Source: an uncultured delta proteobacterium (GTDB taxonomy: Bacteria > Myxococcota_A > Polyangia > Haliangiales > Haliangiaceae). From it: a stretch of DNA of 64,000 bases. Position 1 is the stretch's first letter; each line of letters begins with the position of its first letter. Both the position numbers and the translations under genes were made by a program. The stretch covers positions 299,530-363,529 of the forward strand of contig CAVUQH010000002.1 in NCBI GenBank assembly GCA_963743525.1, in the 5' to 3' direction. Under the pieces are notes generated by a model. The model was not told the origin of the DNA. It searched no databases and worked only from the letters and a program-made list of their open reading frames with translations. Below, in pieces: positions 33,779 to 45,677 of this stretch.

Positions 33779-34222
33779 TCAAACTACCGGCGCTTTTTCA
33801 CGCGCCGGAGGTGGTCCTTCCCGGACCAGACGGTCGATCAGGGGGGCGTCAGCGGGCAAAACGTCGTACTGCGCCAGCTCGGGCGGCAGGCACCACGCGA
33901 GGTCCGCGACCTCGACCGGGCGCGCGGTCTGACCCGCCGCCAGGGTGCATCGGTAGACCAGCATCACCAGCTCGAAATCCGGGTAGCGGTGGTAGAGAAC
34001 CTCCCAGATCCCGCCTACCTGGACCACTGCGCCGATCTCTTCCCGCAGCTCGCGAGCCAGCGCCTCGACGGGGCTCTCGCCCGGCTCGACCTTGCCGCCG
34101 GGCAGCTCCCACTGGAGGGCCAGCGACTGGTCGGCCCGGCGCTGGGTCAGGAGGACCCGATCGCCGTCGACCACCAGGCCGGCGACCACCAGGAGGCGCG
34201 GAACCGTGCTCTCATTCTCCAT
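33779..34222 (-). CDS. NUDIX hydrolase, MutT/NudG-like
   Basis: Nudix box GGKVEPGESPVEALARELREEIG. Confidence 0.92.
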   Translation of the reverse strand: MENESTVPRLLVVAGLVVDGDRVLLTQRRADQSLALQWELPGGKVEPGESPVEALARELREEIGAVVQVGGIWEVLYHRYPDFELVMLVYRCTLAAGQTARPVEVADLAWCLPPELAQYDVLPADAPLIDRLVREGPPPAREKAPVV

Positions 34223-34254
34223 GGTTACCGGCGGAGCTTAGCCCGGCTCGGACG

Positions 34255-34283
34255 TTGACAGCACCCGGTCCGGCGCCTAGATT
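34255..34283 (+). promoter_or_regulatory. sigma70-type promoter
   Basis: TTGACA-N17-TAGATT, 12 nt before ATG 34296. Confidence 0.7.
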
Positions 34284-34295
34284 CCCCGAGCGCCA

Positions 34296-34811
34296 ATGAA
34301 GCTTTACGCAGGTAAAATCGACACGATCGCGGGCGAGGTCATCACTCGGCTGGTCAACGACGGGGACATCGAGGTGTCCGACCGTCACGAGGCCGAGCTC
34401 GACGTCGCCTCGGTGCTCAAGGAGTACCTGCGCGTCAACCGCGAGCTCACCGAGCGCGCCAAGGACATCCTCGAGATCCGCGGCCTGGGCTACAGCGCCC
34501 TCGGCCGGACCAAGCGGTCGCTGGCCGAGCAGAAGGACTTCGGCCTGGGCGAGGAGGGGATCAACTGGATCGTCACCCAGACCCTCGAGCTGTTCATGCA
34601 GTCGGCCCACATCGAGGAGATCTTCGCCGAGGACATCGCCCTGCGGCGCAAGATGAAAGAGATCCTCCAGCGGCACATGGCGGTCGACGAGGAGCTCGAC
34701 CGCGAGGTCCGCCAGCGCATCCGCAATCTCGAGGAAGGCACCAGCGCCTGGGACATCGAGTACAACCGGGTGATGGACCAGATGAAGAAGAAGCACGGGA
34801 TCGGCGAGTAG
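34296..34811 (+). CDS. DUF507-family protein
   Basis: MKLYAGKI start, duplicated helical halves, EELDREVR..EGTSAWDIEY. Confidence 0.75.
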   Translation: MKLYAGKIDTIAGEVITRLVNDGDIEVSDRHEAELDVASVLKEYLRVNRELTERAKDILEIRGLGYSALGRTKRSLAEQKDFGLGEEGINWIVTQTLELFMQSAHIEEIFAEDIALRRKMKEILQRHMAVDEELDREVRQRIRNLEEGTSAWDIEYNRVMDQMKKKHGIGE

Positions 34812-35010
34812 CGCCGGGCCCGCTGCGGCGTGCGAGCCCGGATCATTCACGGGAGTCGCACGCCCTCACCGAGTCCTTGGCCCCGCGGCGCGATTTTCGC
34901 CCTTGCGAATACAACCAGTATTCGCAGCGGTCGAGAAATCAGGCCGCGAAACCAATTCCTTCGGCGATCATCGCGCGCCCCCGCAAATGATCCGGGCTAA
35001 CCTTCCTGGC

Positions 35011-35856
35011 ATGCCGCCCTTCCGCCGATTCGATGGCCGCGTGGCGCGCGGCGTCCCGGCCTACCGGCGCATGATTCCGTTCCTCATGCGCGGCAAGAAC
35101 GAGTCCGCGGTGCTGTTCGAGCAGACCGTGGACCTGTCGCGCACGCTGCCGTGGCTGGAGCAGCGCAACCGCGGCGCCGACGATCACGCGACCTTCTTCC
35201 ACCTGCTCCTGGCGGCGCTCGGCCGGGTGCTGCACGAGCGGCCGCGGCTCAACCGGTTCGTGTCGGGGCGGCGGCTGCACGACCGCGACGGCGTCTACAT
35301 CTCGTTCGCGGCCAAGAAGCGGATGGACGACGACGCGCCGCTGTCGGTGGTCAAGCGCCGCTTCGCCCGGGACGAGTCGTTCGACGACGTGGTCGCGGCG
35401 CTGCACGGCGGCATCGACGAGGCGCGGTCGAACCGCGAGTCGTCGGTCGATCGGGAAGTCGGCCTGCTGTTGCGCTTGCCGGCGCCGATCCTCGACGGCG
35501 CGGTCCGCCTGGTGCGCGCGCTCGACGCGGTCAACCTGGCCCCGCGCGCCCTGCTCGAGCACGACCCGATGTACACCAGCGTGTTCGTCGCCAACCTGGG
35601 CAGCCTGCGGATCGACGCCGCGTATCACCACCTGTACGAGTACGGCAACTGCCCACTGTTCTGCACCCTCGGGCGCATCGAGCAGATGCCGATGGTGGTC
35701 GGCGATGGACGGGTCGAGGCCCGCTGGGGGGTGAAGCTCAAGTTCACCTACGACGAGCGGATCGAGGACGGTCACTACGCGGCCCAGGCGATCGCGCGCC
35801 TGTGTGACTACCTCGAAGAGCCGGCCGGTTGGGCCGGGGGCGAGATCCCCGGCTGA
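35011..35856 (+). CDS. Stand-alone 2-oxoacid dehydrogenase E2-like acyltransferase catalytic domain
   Basis: RPRLNRF, SVFVANLGS and TYDERIEDG motifs; no lipoyl domain. Confidence 0.8.
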   Translation: MPPFRRFDGRVARGVPAYRRMIPFLMRGKNESAVLFEQTVDLSRTLPWLEQRNRGADDHATFFHLLLAALGRVLHERPRLNRFVSGRRLHDRDGVYISFAAKKRMDDDAPLSVVKRRFARDESFDDVVAALHGGIDEARSNRESSVDREVGLLLRLPAPILDGAVRLVRALDAVNLAPRALLEHDPMYTSVFVANLGSLRIDAAYHHLYEYGNCPLFCTLGRIEQMPMVVGDGRVEARWGVKLKFTYDERIEDGHYAAQAIARLCDYLEEPAGWAGGEIPG

Positions 35857-36020
35857 TCCGCGCCCCGGCGCCGGAATGATTGGGCAGTTCGATCGAATTC
35901 CGCAGTGGTGGCGCGGGGTTTTGTGGGCCGTGCGTGTCCCCCCCCGGGGCGGGGCGGTGGGTCCCAGGGCAGTGGGCTGCGGGTTGCACCAAGTGTGCGG
36001 ATCATTGGGGGTGGCCCGCG

Positions 36021-36036
36021 TGGCACGCGGGTTGCT
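36021..36036 (+). promoter_or_regulatory. sigma54 -24/-12 promoter
   Basis: TGGCACGCGGGTTGCT matches TGGCACG-N4-TTGCW. Confidence 0.75.
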
Positions 36037-36075
36037 CACCATAGATCGTAGTGAACGACAGCCGGGGGTAGGAGC

Positions 36076-37542
36076 ATGATGTACCGCTATGGCGACGCGA
36101 CGCCGTTTCCGTTCGACGACAACTTCATAGAGACGATCGTCGCGGCGACCGAGGCGTGCGTGGGGCTGTTTCTGGCGGACATGGAGGCCGAGGAGCGCCG
36201 CCGCAAGGTGGACCAGATCCGCACGCACGCCGACGAGGAGCTCAAGCGCCTGGCGGTGCTGGGGCGGGCGGTCAACGCCAGCATCCGCCCGATGCTGCCG
36301 TCGGCCAAGGCCGAGCGGACCAGCGAAGCGACCGCGCAGCGGATCCAGCAGTTGACCGATGCGGCCGTGCGCCAGGCGACGATCGGCGTCGAGCGGCGAC
36401 GCGACGCAGCGATTCGCGCGGCCATGGGCAACGACGTCGCCGAGATGGTGGTCGAGTCGCTGGCCAAGCTGCTGGTCGCCCACCAGCTGCCGAAGACGAA
36501 GTGGCTGATCCGGTGGGTGTACGACGCCGCCCAGGGAACGCCGGCGGTGGTGCTGCGCGCGCTCAACGCGGCCTGCGACCTGACTGCGGAGTTCACCTGC
36601 GCCCTGCCCGACGCCCACACCTGGTCGGGACCAGTGCGCGTCGGCGACCTGACGCCGCATCTCGAGATCGAGCTGCAGCGCGAGCCGACCCTGCTCCGGC
36701 GCAAGAGCGTCGGCAGCCAGCGGCTGCACAAGTACTACATCGTCGAGGCCGAGCACTCGCCCGACCGCAGCGCGTTCGAGCTGCGCCGCTACCACAACAA
36801 GCCGTCCGACGGCTTCCGGGTGGTCATGCGCGAGGAAGACCAGGCGTTGCCGCGGATCACCCGCATTGCCGCCGACGGCAGCAAGACCGGCAACACGCTG
36901 ACCATCTCCGGCGACGCCGCCGTGGCGCTGGACGCCCTGTGGCAACAGATCGAAAAGGGCCTGCACGACCTCCGCCGTCACCGCGACGCGCTGGTCAGCG
37001 GCGCGTTCGAAGAGCGCGGGCTGGAGTTGACCGAAGAGCCGGCGCAGGTGGCCGAGGCGCTCCTCGGCACCATCGCCCCGGTGGTGCGCGAGATGCGCCT
37101 GCGCAGCCGCGTGCCCGGCGAGCTGATCCTCAAGCGCGACACCGGCGACGGCCGCCGCGAGGAGCTGTTCGTGCCCCGCGCCCAGCTCGAGGCCAAGTTC
37201 GCCCCGCTGCCGGAGCGCTACCAGCGAGTGTTCGAGTCGGTCGGGCTGTCGTCGGAAGCGACCACCGAGTTCGTCGGCCGCGAGTTCCCGCTGGCGGTCC
37301 CGCGCGGCCCCGAGCAGGCGCCGCGCCGCCGCCGGGCCACGCCGGCCCACGCCGCGCCGCCGCCGCCACCGCGTCCGCCGACCATGTCGAGCTTGCCGGA
37401 CCTGCCGATGCCACCGGTGAGCGGATCGATCGACGACGACGATGACGACGAGCCGACGGTGTTGCCGGCGCCGGCCATCCCGGCCGAGCGCTCAGGTCGG
37501 ATCGCCCGAGTCGACACCGACGCGATCACCGCGACGGCGTGA
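36076..37542 (+). CDS. Hypothetical protein (helical N-terminus, Pro/Asp-rich tail)
   Basis: 488-aa ORF with AGGAG RBS and GC3 bias. Confidence 0.8.
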   Translation: MMYRYGDATPFPFDDNFIETIVAATEACVGLFLADMEAEERRRKVDQIRTHADEELKRLAVLGRAVNASIRPMLPSAKAERTSEATAQRIQQLTDAAVRQATIGVERRRDAAIRAAMGNDVAEMVVESLAKLLVAHQLPKTKWLIRWVYDAAQGTPAVVLRALNAACDLTAEFTCALPDAHTWSGPVRVGDLTPHLEIELQREPTLLRRKSVGSQRLHKYYIVEAEHSPDRSAFELRRYHNKPSDGFRVVMREEDQALPRITRIAADGSKTGNTLTISGDAAVALDALWQQIEKGLHDLRRHRDALVSGAFEERGLELTEEPAQVAEALLGTIAPVVREMRLRSRVPGELILKRDTGDGRREELFVPRAQLEAKFAPLPERYQRVFESVGLSSEATTEFVGREFPLAVPRGPEQAPRRRRATPAHAAPPPPPRPPTMSSLPDLPMPPVSGSIDDDDDDEPTVLPAPAIPAERSGRIARVDTDAITATA

Positions 37543-38285
37543 GCGCCTCGCGGACCTCGGTGGCGACCATCTCGGCGAGCAGCGCCAGTAGCTCGTCGCC
37601 CTCCGCCGCCGTCGCCTCGGCCGGGGCGCCGGCGTAGGCATCGGCCATGCCCATCTCGGCGAAGTTGACGATACCGGCGCCGAGCTTCTCCGACAGGCTG
37701 ATTGGCACCTCGGGCAGCGCCGCCCGCGCCCGGTCGTCGACCAGCTCGGGCCGGGTGGCCATGACGATCGACGTCTCGTAGCGGCCGGCGTGGCAGGCGC
37801 CGCTCTTGAACTCGGCGCTCAGCGTGCGCGCCCAGCGCCGGGTCAGCGGACAGGCCACCGACGCCCGCCCGGCCCCGAGGCCGGCGATCGCCGCGCGCAC
37901 CGCGCGGTCGTGCTCCGGCTCGAGGTGATTGTTGACCAGGCAGACGTGATCGACTCCGGTGGCCAGATAGCCGCTGACCACCGAGTGGAGGAACAGGGTC
38001 AGCGCCTCGCCCGGCACCGACACCGCGCCGGCGAACCTGGCCGCGCAGTGGGTGACGCCGTACGGCACCGCCGGCGCGATGCGCGCGATCACGCCACCCT
38101 GTTCCAGCGCCGCCGCCGCGCGCTCGGCCGCGGCCACCGAGATGATCGTGTCGGCCGCCAGCGTCATGTGCGGGCCGTGCGGCTCGACCGAGCCGACCGG
38201 CAGAAGCGATCGCCAGCGGCCGCGCGTCGGCGACCAGCGCCGCGAAGCTGCGGGTGTTCTCGGCCTCCAGGGCGAAGCGGCTCAT
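37526..38285 (-). CDS. Creatininase/amidohydrolase family protein (frameshift near 38210)
   Basis: LPVGSVEPHGPH, ADT, VNNH and HAGRYETS motifs. Confidence 0.85.
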
Positions 38286-39965
38286 TCGCTCGGGTTCTCC
38301 CCCGCCGCCTCGCGCTCGCGCAGCAGCTTCTTGTTGACCTTGCCGCGGTCGTTGCGCGGCAGGTCGTCGACGAAGATCACCCAGCGCGGGTACTTGTGCT
38401 TGGACAGCCGCGAGCGAACGTGTTCCTTGAGCTCGTCGCGCAGCACGGCACCGCCGTCGGACAGCCGGGTGCGCGCGGTCTCGGCGACCATGACGAACGC
38501 CTTGGGCTTGTCCAGCCCGTCGGAATCCGACGCGGGAATCACCGCCGCCAGGGTCACCGCCTCGTGGGCGATGAGGCACTCCTCGACCTCGAGCGGCGCC
38601 ACCCAGATGCCTCCGGACTTGAACAGGTCGTCGGCGCGGCCCTGGAAGTAGAGGTAGCCGGCCTCGTCGACCGAGAACAGATCGCCGGTGCAGCACCAGT
38701 GGCCGTGGAAGGTGCTCCAGCTCTTGTCGCGGTCCTCGAAGTAGCCCAGCGCCACGCTGTCGCCGCGCACCCACAAGACGCCGACCTCGCCGGGCGCCAC
38801 CGGCGCCGCGCCCGGTCCGTCGGCGCCCTGGGGCAGGACCCGCAGCTCGTAGCCGTCGACGACCCGGCCCAGCGAGCCGGCGACGGATGTCGCCCGGCCG
38901 GTTGGAGCAGTAGATGTGGAACATCTCGGCCGAGCCGATGCCGTCGTAGACGTCGCAGCCGAAGCGGCGCGGTGAAGCGCTCGCAGCAGCGCCGGCGGCA
39001 GCGCCTCGCCCGCGGACAGGTGGAAGCGCACGCACGACATGTCCAGGCGCGGCTCGCCGGCCGCCGCGCGGGCGTCGTCGTAGTCGAGCAGCTTGCCCAG
39101 CATGGTCGGCACGTTGGTCACCACCGTCGGCCGGTACATCTCGATCGCCGCGGCCAGGGTCTCCGGCGGTCGGCCGCTCGGAGAACAGGCCGACGGTGGC
39201 GCCGACGGCGAACGGGAACCACAGGTTGGTGCCGGTGGCGTAGCCGAAGAACAGCCGCGGCACGCTGACGGTGACGTCGCCGCGGCGGTAGCCGACGGTC
39301 TGCTTGGCGTAGACCTCGGTGTTGAAGGCGAAGTCGCGATGGGTGTGCATCGCCGCCTTGGGCCGACCGGTCGAGCCGGAGGTGAACAGCCACACGCACT
39401 GGTCGTCGCGGCGGGTGACCGGCAGCGCGGCCTGCGAGGTGCGGCCCCGATCGATCGCCTCGGTCAGCGCCAGCGTCTCCCACCGGCGGCCGGCCAGCTC
39501 CGGCGGCACCACCACCGGCGCCTCCGGGTCTTCGCCGGTCGCGGTCTCGGGCACCAGCAGCACCGCGCGCAGCTCGGGCACCCGCTCGAAGGTGTCGGCC
39601 AGCGCGACCGCCACCGACGGCGTCGTCACCACCGCCGCGGCGCGCACGTACTCGACCACGTAGGCCAGGTCCGGCTCCGGCGCCACCGGGTTGCCCATGG
39701 TCACGGTGGCGCCGCTGGCCAGGGTGGCGAAGATCGACCAGGCGAACGGCGGCGTGTCGGGCAGCACGGTGTAGACCCGCTGCTCGCGGGCGACACCGGC
39801 GTCGACCAGGTAGCGGGCCAGCGCGGTGGACCGCTCGGCGACGTCGCCGTAGCTCCAGGCCCGCGTCGCCGTAGCGAATCGCGGCGGTGTCGGCCAGGCC
39901 CTCGTTCAAGCGATCGAACAGCCAGTAGTCGGCCAGGTTGAAGTGGTCGGGGAACCGGGTCGTCG

Positions 39966-39969
<4 letters not shown>
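38282..39969 (-). CDS. Benzoate/aminobenzoate-CoA ligase family protein (several frameshifts)
   Basis: FTSGSTGRPK, LFFGYATG, DGIGSAEMFHI, TGD and GRADD motifs spread across frames. Confidence 0.85.
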
Positions 39970-41105
<1,136 letters not shown>

Positions 41106-41111
41106 GTCCGG

Positions 41112-41930
41112 CTACTCCTTGGCCACGTCGGCGCCGACGAAGCGCGGATCGCGCTTCTCCTTGAACGCCTCGTGGGCCTCGCGGAAGTCCGGGTACTGCA
41201 TGCAGATCGCCTGCGCCTGGGCCTCGGCCTCGAGCGCCGCGTCCAGCGTCATGCCGTGCTCGGACTCGATCATCTGCTTGGTCATGGTGTGGGCCAGCGC
41301 CGGCCCGCGCGACAGCTCCAGCGCCCACTCGCGCGCCAGCCCGAGCGCCGCCTCGCCGTCCGGCTCGATGCGGTTGACCAGGCCGATGCGCAGCGCGTGC
41401 TCGGCGTCGATGATGCGGCCCATGAACAACAGCTCGCTGGCGTTGCCCAGCCCGACCAGCCGCGGCAACAGGTAGGCGGCGCCCATGTCGGCGCCGCACA
41501 GGCCGACGCGGGGGAAGATGAAGCCGAAGCGGGCATTGGCGGCGGCGATGCGCAGGTCGCAGGCAGCCGCGATCACCGCGCCGGCGCCGACCGCCACGCC
41601 GTTGACCGCGGCGATCACCGGGCGGCGGACGTCGCGGATGGTGCCGATCAACCGCCCGGTGGTGCGGGTGAAGTCGAGCAGCCCCTTCATGTCGCGGCCG
41701 AGCAGGCGCTTGATGATGTCGTCCTGGTCGCCGCCGGAGCAGAAGCCGCGGCCGCGCCCGGTGATGACGATGGCGCGCACCTCGTCGGCGTGGTTGAGGG
41801 CCTCGAAGGTGTCGGCCAGCTCCTGGTAGATCTCGAAGGTCAGCGAGTTGAGGCGCTCGGGGCGGTCGAGGGTGATCTCGGCGACGCCGCGGGTGACCTC
41901 CATGGCAAACGTGGTGGGCGACGGATACAT
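41112..41930 (-). CDS. Enoyl-CoA hydratase/isomerase
   Basis: FCSGGD, AAVNGVAVGAG and GADMG motifs. Confidence 0.92.
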   Translation of the reverse strand: MYPSPTTFAMEVTRGVAEITLDRPERLNSLTFEIYQELADTFEALNHADEVRAIVITGRGRGFCSGGDQDDIIKRLLGRDMKGLLDFTRTTGRLIGTIRDVRRPVIAAVNGVAVGAGAVIAAACDLRIAAANARFGFIFPRVGLCGADMGAAYLLPRLVGLGNASELLFMGRIIDAEHALRIGLVNRIEPDGEAALGLAREWALELSRGPALAHTMTKQMIESEHGMTLDAALEAEAQAQAICMQYPDFREAHEAFKEKRDPRFVGADVAKE

Positions 41931-41932
41931 GC

Positions 41933-42340
41933 TCACTCCTGCAGCAGCGAGGCGACGGCCTCGATTTCGACCATGGCGTCGGGATGGACCAGCTCGTTGA
42001 CGCCGACCAGCGCCATCGCCGGGTAGTGCTTGCCGAACCGCTCGCGCCAGATCGGCCCCAGCTCGGCGGCGGCGTTGCGGTACGCCGCCACGTCGGTGAC
42101 GTAGATGGTCATCTTGACCACATCGGTGGCAAAGCCGCCGGCGGCGACGACCACGTCGACGACGTTGTCGAGAGCGCGGGCGAACTGGGCGACGAAGGCC
42201 GTGTCGGCGAAGGTGCCGTCCTTCTCCCAGCCGATCTGCCCGGCGATGTACAGGGTGCGCCCGCTGGTGACCACGCCGTTGGCGTAGCCGCGCGCGGGGG
42301 GAAAGTGTTCGGGGTGGATGACCGTGTGGCGCTCGCTCAT
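41933..42340 (-). CDS. RidA/YjgF family protein
   Basis: GYANG, LYIAGQIG, PAMALVGV and VEIEA motifs. Confidence 0.92.
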   Translation of the reverse strand: MSERHTVIHPEHFPPARGYANGVVTSGRTLYIAGQIGWEKDGTFADTAFVAQFARALDNVVDVVVAAGGFATDVVKMTIYVTDVAAYRNAAAELGPIWRERFGKHYPAMALVGVNELVHPDAMVEIEAVASLLQE

Positions 42341-43104
42341 TTGAGAATCGCTCCTCCGTCGATGACGATGGCCTGGCCGTGGATGCTGCGCGCGGCCGGC
42401 TCACACAACGTGGAAACCAGGTGGGCGACCTCGTCCGGCTGGATGACCCGGCCCTGCGGGCTCATCCTGGCCAGCGACGCCGCGGCGTCTTCGCTCGAGC
42501 GACCGGTCTTTGCCGAGATGCGGCTGACCGCCTCCTCGAACATCCGCGTCTCGACCCAGCCGGGGCAGACGGCGTTGACGGTGACGCCGGTGGGCGCCAG
42601 ATCGATCGCCAGCGCCCGGGTCATGCCGACCATGGCGTGCTTGGACGCGCAGTAGGCGGTGCTGTAGCGGTAGCCGGAGACGCCGGCGTTGGACGCCAGG
42701 TTGACCACCCGCCCCCAGCCGGCCTCGATCATCGGCGGCACCAGCGCGCGGATCAGCCGGAACGCCGCGGTGCAGTTGATCTCCATCATCCGGTCCCAGG
42801 CCTCGTCGGTGACCTTGCCCAGCGGCGCGCTCTCGGCGATGCCGGCGTTGTTGACCAGGATGTCAACCCGGCCCAGCGCGCCCGGCAGCGCGGCGATCAG
42901 CGCGTCAACCGACGCGCGATCGGTGAAGTCGGCGGCCAGCGCGACGCCGTCCAGCGCCGTGGCGACCGCTTCGATCTCCGGCCTGGTGCGTCCGGTGACG
43001 CCGACCGTTGCGCCCATCGCGGCCAGCCGGGCTGCGATCGCCGCGCCGATGCCGCGACCACCGCCGGTGACCAGCGCGACCTTCCCCTCCAGGGACTCCG
43101 CCAT
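42337..43104 (-). CDS. Short-chain dehydrogenase/reductase
   Basis: TGGGRGIG, NNAG and YCASK motifs. Confidence 0.95.
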   Translation of the reverse strand: MAESLEGKVALVTGGGRGIGAAIAARLAAMGATVGVTGRTRPEIEAVATALDGVALAADFTDRASVDALIAALPGALGRVDILVNNAGIAESAPLGKVTDEAWDRMMEINCTAAFRLIRALVPPMIEAGWGRVVNLASNAGVSGYRYSTAYCASKHAMVGMTRALAIDLAPTGVTVNAVCPGWVETRMFEEAVSRISAKTGRSSEDAAASLARMSPQGRVIQPDEVAHLVSTLCEPAARSIHGQAIVIDGGAILK

Positions 43105-43157
43105 GGCCGCGGTTTAGCACGAAACGCGGGGCGTTTCGCCCGGCCAGGGAGGCGGAA

Positions 43158-44320
43158 CTAGCGCGTGGCCGGAGCCGGTGCGGGAGCCAGGCAGGGATCG
43201 GCGGGCATCGCCGCGATCCAGTCGCGGATGAGGGCGACGCCCTCCTCGTGCACGACGTGGCGGCCGAGCTCCGGCATCATCACCGCCGGGTCGGTGCTGT
43301 CGATGCGATAGACCAGGATCGAATGGTCCGGATCGCCGGGCACGATGTCGTACTGCAGGCCGCCGGAGCCGGGACCGGCGGCGACCGGGGTCTTGCAGAT
43401 GCCGAAGTCGTACGGCGTGACCTGCGCCGAGCGCAGATCCAGGCCGCTCACCCGGGCGGCGCCGCCGGGGTTGTGGCAGTGGGCGCAGTTGATGTCGAGC
43501 CAGGCGCGGGCGCGCTGCGTCGACGGTGCCGGTGGTGTCGTCGTCGAACACCGCGTCGCGCGGTGCGTCAGCCGGGTCGGCGGGCGCGCCGGTCAGCATG
43601 CCCAGGTCGGCGAAGTGGGTCAGCTGGTTCTCCGGCCCCGCGCCGTAGTCGAAGTCGCGGTTGATGTGCCGCGCCTTGGGACCGATCGGACCGAGCACGT
43701 CGACCTGCTCCTCGTGGCACTGCTTGCACTGGTTCTTGTTGGGAACGACGTAGTCGACCTGGCGCTGACTGCCGTCGGTGTGGATCCAGCTGATGTGCTC
43801 CTGCGCGCCGGCCACCGACAGCCGGGCGTCGGTCTGGTCGTCGTTCCACACGTACGGCAGCCCTTCCCAGCCGCCGTCGCGGTGGATCAGCAGCCGGGTC
43901 TCGATGTGCCGGATCGGTCCGTCCGGCTGGCGCATGTCGTCCGGGATACGAGAAGGTCTTGAGGATCACCGCGCCCTCGGGCAGCGAGAACGAGTCGGTG
44001 TCGTCGTAGGTCATCGTCTCGCCGTCGGCCAGATAGATGAACCGGCTCTTCCACGCGTAGTCCGAGAACAGCGGCGTGTTGAGGTCGTACGGCACGACGC
44101 GATCGTTGGCGGTCAGCGTCGCCAGGTCGTCGCCGACGAAGAAGCGGTAGCTCGACAGCCACCGGCACGGGTCGGCGGCCGGGTCGAAGCTGACCCCGTC
44201 GCCGGCGGCGATGGCGCAGACCTCGGCGTTGGCATCGCCGGCATCGGGGGCGCCGTTGCCGCCGCCCTCACACGCGGCGAACAGCCCCAGCGCCGCCGCC
44301 AGCACCGCCCCCGCGCGCAT
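43158..44320 (-). CDS. Diheme c-type cytochrome lipoprotein (SO2930/HNE_0200-like); frameshifts near 43945 and 43515
   Basis: Lipobox FAAC; LNTPLFSDYA, ETRLL, CKQCH, INCAHCH and MPELGR motifs. Confidence 0.8.
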
Positions 44321-45583
44321 CAGTTGCTCCCGGGCAGGACCACCTCCGGCAGGGCCGGATGGCTGCAGTCGTGCGCCGCCAGGTCGAGGCTGACGCTGGC
44401 GTAGTCGTTGGGCACGTCGAGGCTGGCGTAGTCGGCGTCGCCGTTGTTCTGGATGCAGGTCTTGTAGTCCGCGGGCAGCTGGCCGCTCACCGCCAGGTCG
44501 GGATCGACGTAGCCATCCTCGACGATGTCCGGCACCACGATCGGCGCCGGCATGATGGTGGTCAGCGCCTGCACCACCAGGAAGCCGAGCCCGCCCATCG
44601 GCTCGTCGCCGCCGCCGCTGAAGCTGTTGTCGTGGATGTAGATGGTGTCGCTGTACGGATCGTAGTTGGTGTCGGCGTAGTCGAGCATCAGCGTCAGGTA
44701 GCTGATGATGCCCAGGTTGACCGTGCCGTTGTCGCGGATGCGATTGCCGAAGATCTCGACGCTGTGGCCGGCCATGACGGCGATGCCGGTGCCGCGCGGG
44801 ACGTTGCCGACGATGTTGCCGGCCGGCGCGAAGTTGTCGGTGCTGTTGTCGTAGATATCGTTGTCGAAGATGCGGCAGCGGTCGCCGCGCTCGCGCTGCA
44901 GGCCCGGCAGGTTGAACACCAGCACGCCGCCGGTGTTGTTGGTCGCGGTGTTGCCGTGGACGTCGGCGTCGCTGGTGTTCTCGATCTCGATGCCGGCGAC
45001 GTTGTTCTCGGCGCGGCTGTCGCGGACGATGACGTACTGCGACTGGCCGACGTAGATGCCGGAGTCGGAGGCGCCCACGGCGACGCAGCCGTCGATCAGC
45101 ACGTGCTGGCACTGCACCGGGTACAGGCCGTAGCCGCCGTTGCCCGGGTCGGGGCCATTGGTCCACTCGGCTCGCGTGCGGCGGAAGGTCACGCCGTCGG
45201 CGCCCTCGACCTTGATGGCGTCGCCGACGGTGTCCTCGACCGCGATGTCTTCGATGGTGAAGTTGTCGGCGGTGACCAGGATCCCCTCGGCGCCGTCGGT
45301 CTGGTTCGCGAAGCTGAGGACGGTCTTGTCCATGCCGCGGCCGCGGATGGTCACGCCGGCGACGTCGAGGGACAGCCCCAGCGTCAGGTCGAAGGTGCCC
45401 TTGTTGAACAGGATGATGTCGCCAGAGGCGGCGTTGATCAGCGCCTCTTGCGCCTGGGTCTGCGCCTCCGGCCCGGGGTCGATCTCGATGCACGGACCGT
45501 TGGGCCCCTCGCACGGCTGGGCACCGTCCCCACAACCGACGGCCACCAGGGCCACGGCAGCACGCAACGTAAACTGATTTCAT
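44320..45583 (-). CDS. Parallel beta-helix repeat lipoprotein (possible frameshift near the start)
   Basis: GASDSGIYVGQS, NNVAGIEIENT and NNTGGVLVF repeats; usual partner of the adjacent cytochrome. Confidence 0.88.
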
Positions 45584-45677
45584 GTTCACCACTCCCGACC
45601 TGAACGTCCATCGCACGGCTAGGCGCGGTGCGTCAATAGCTCTGTTCTGAACCGGCGTAGCCTGTTAGAAGGATGAC

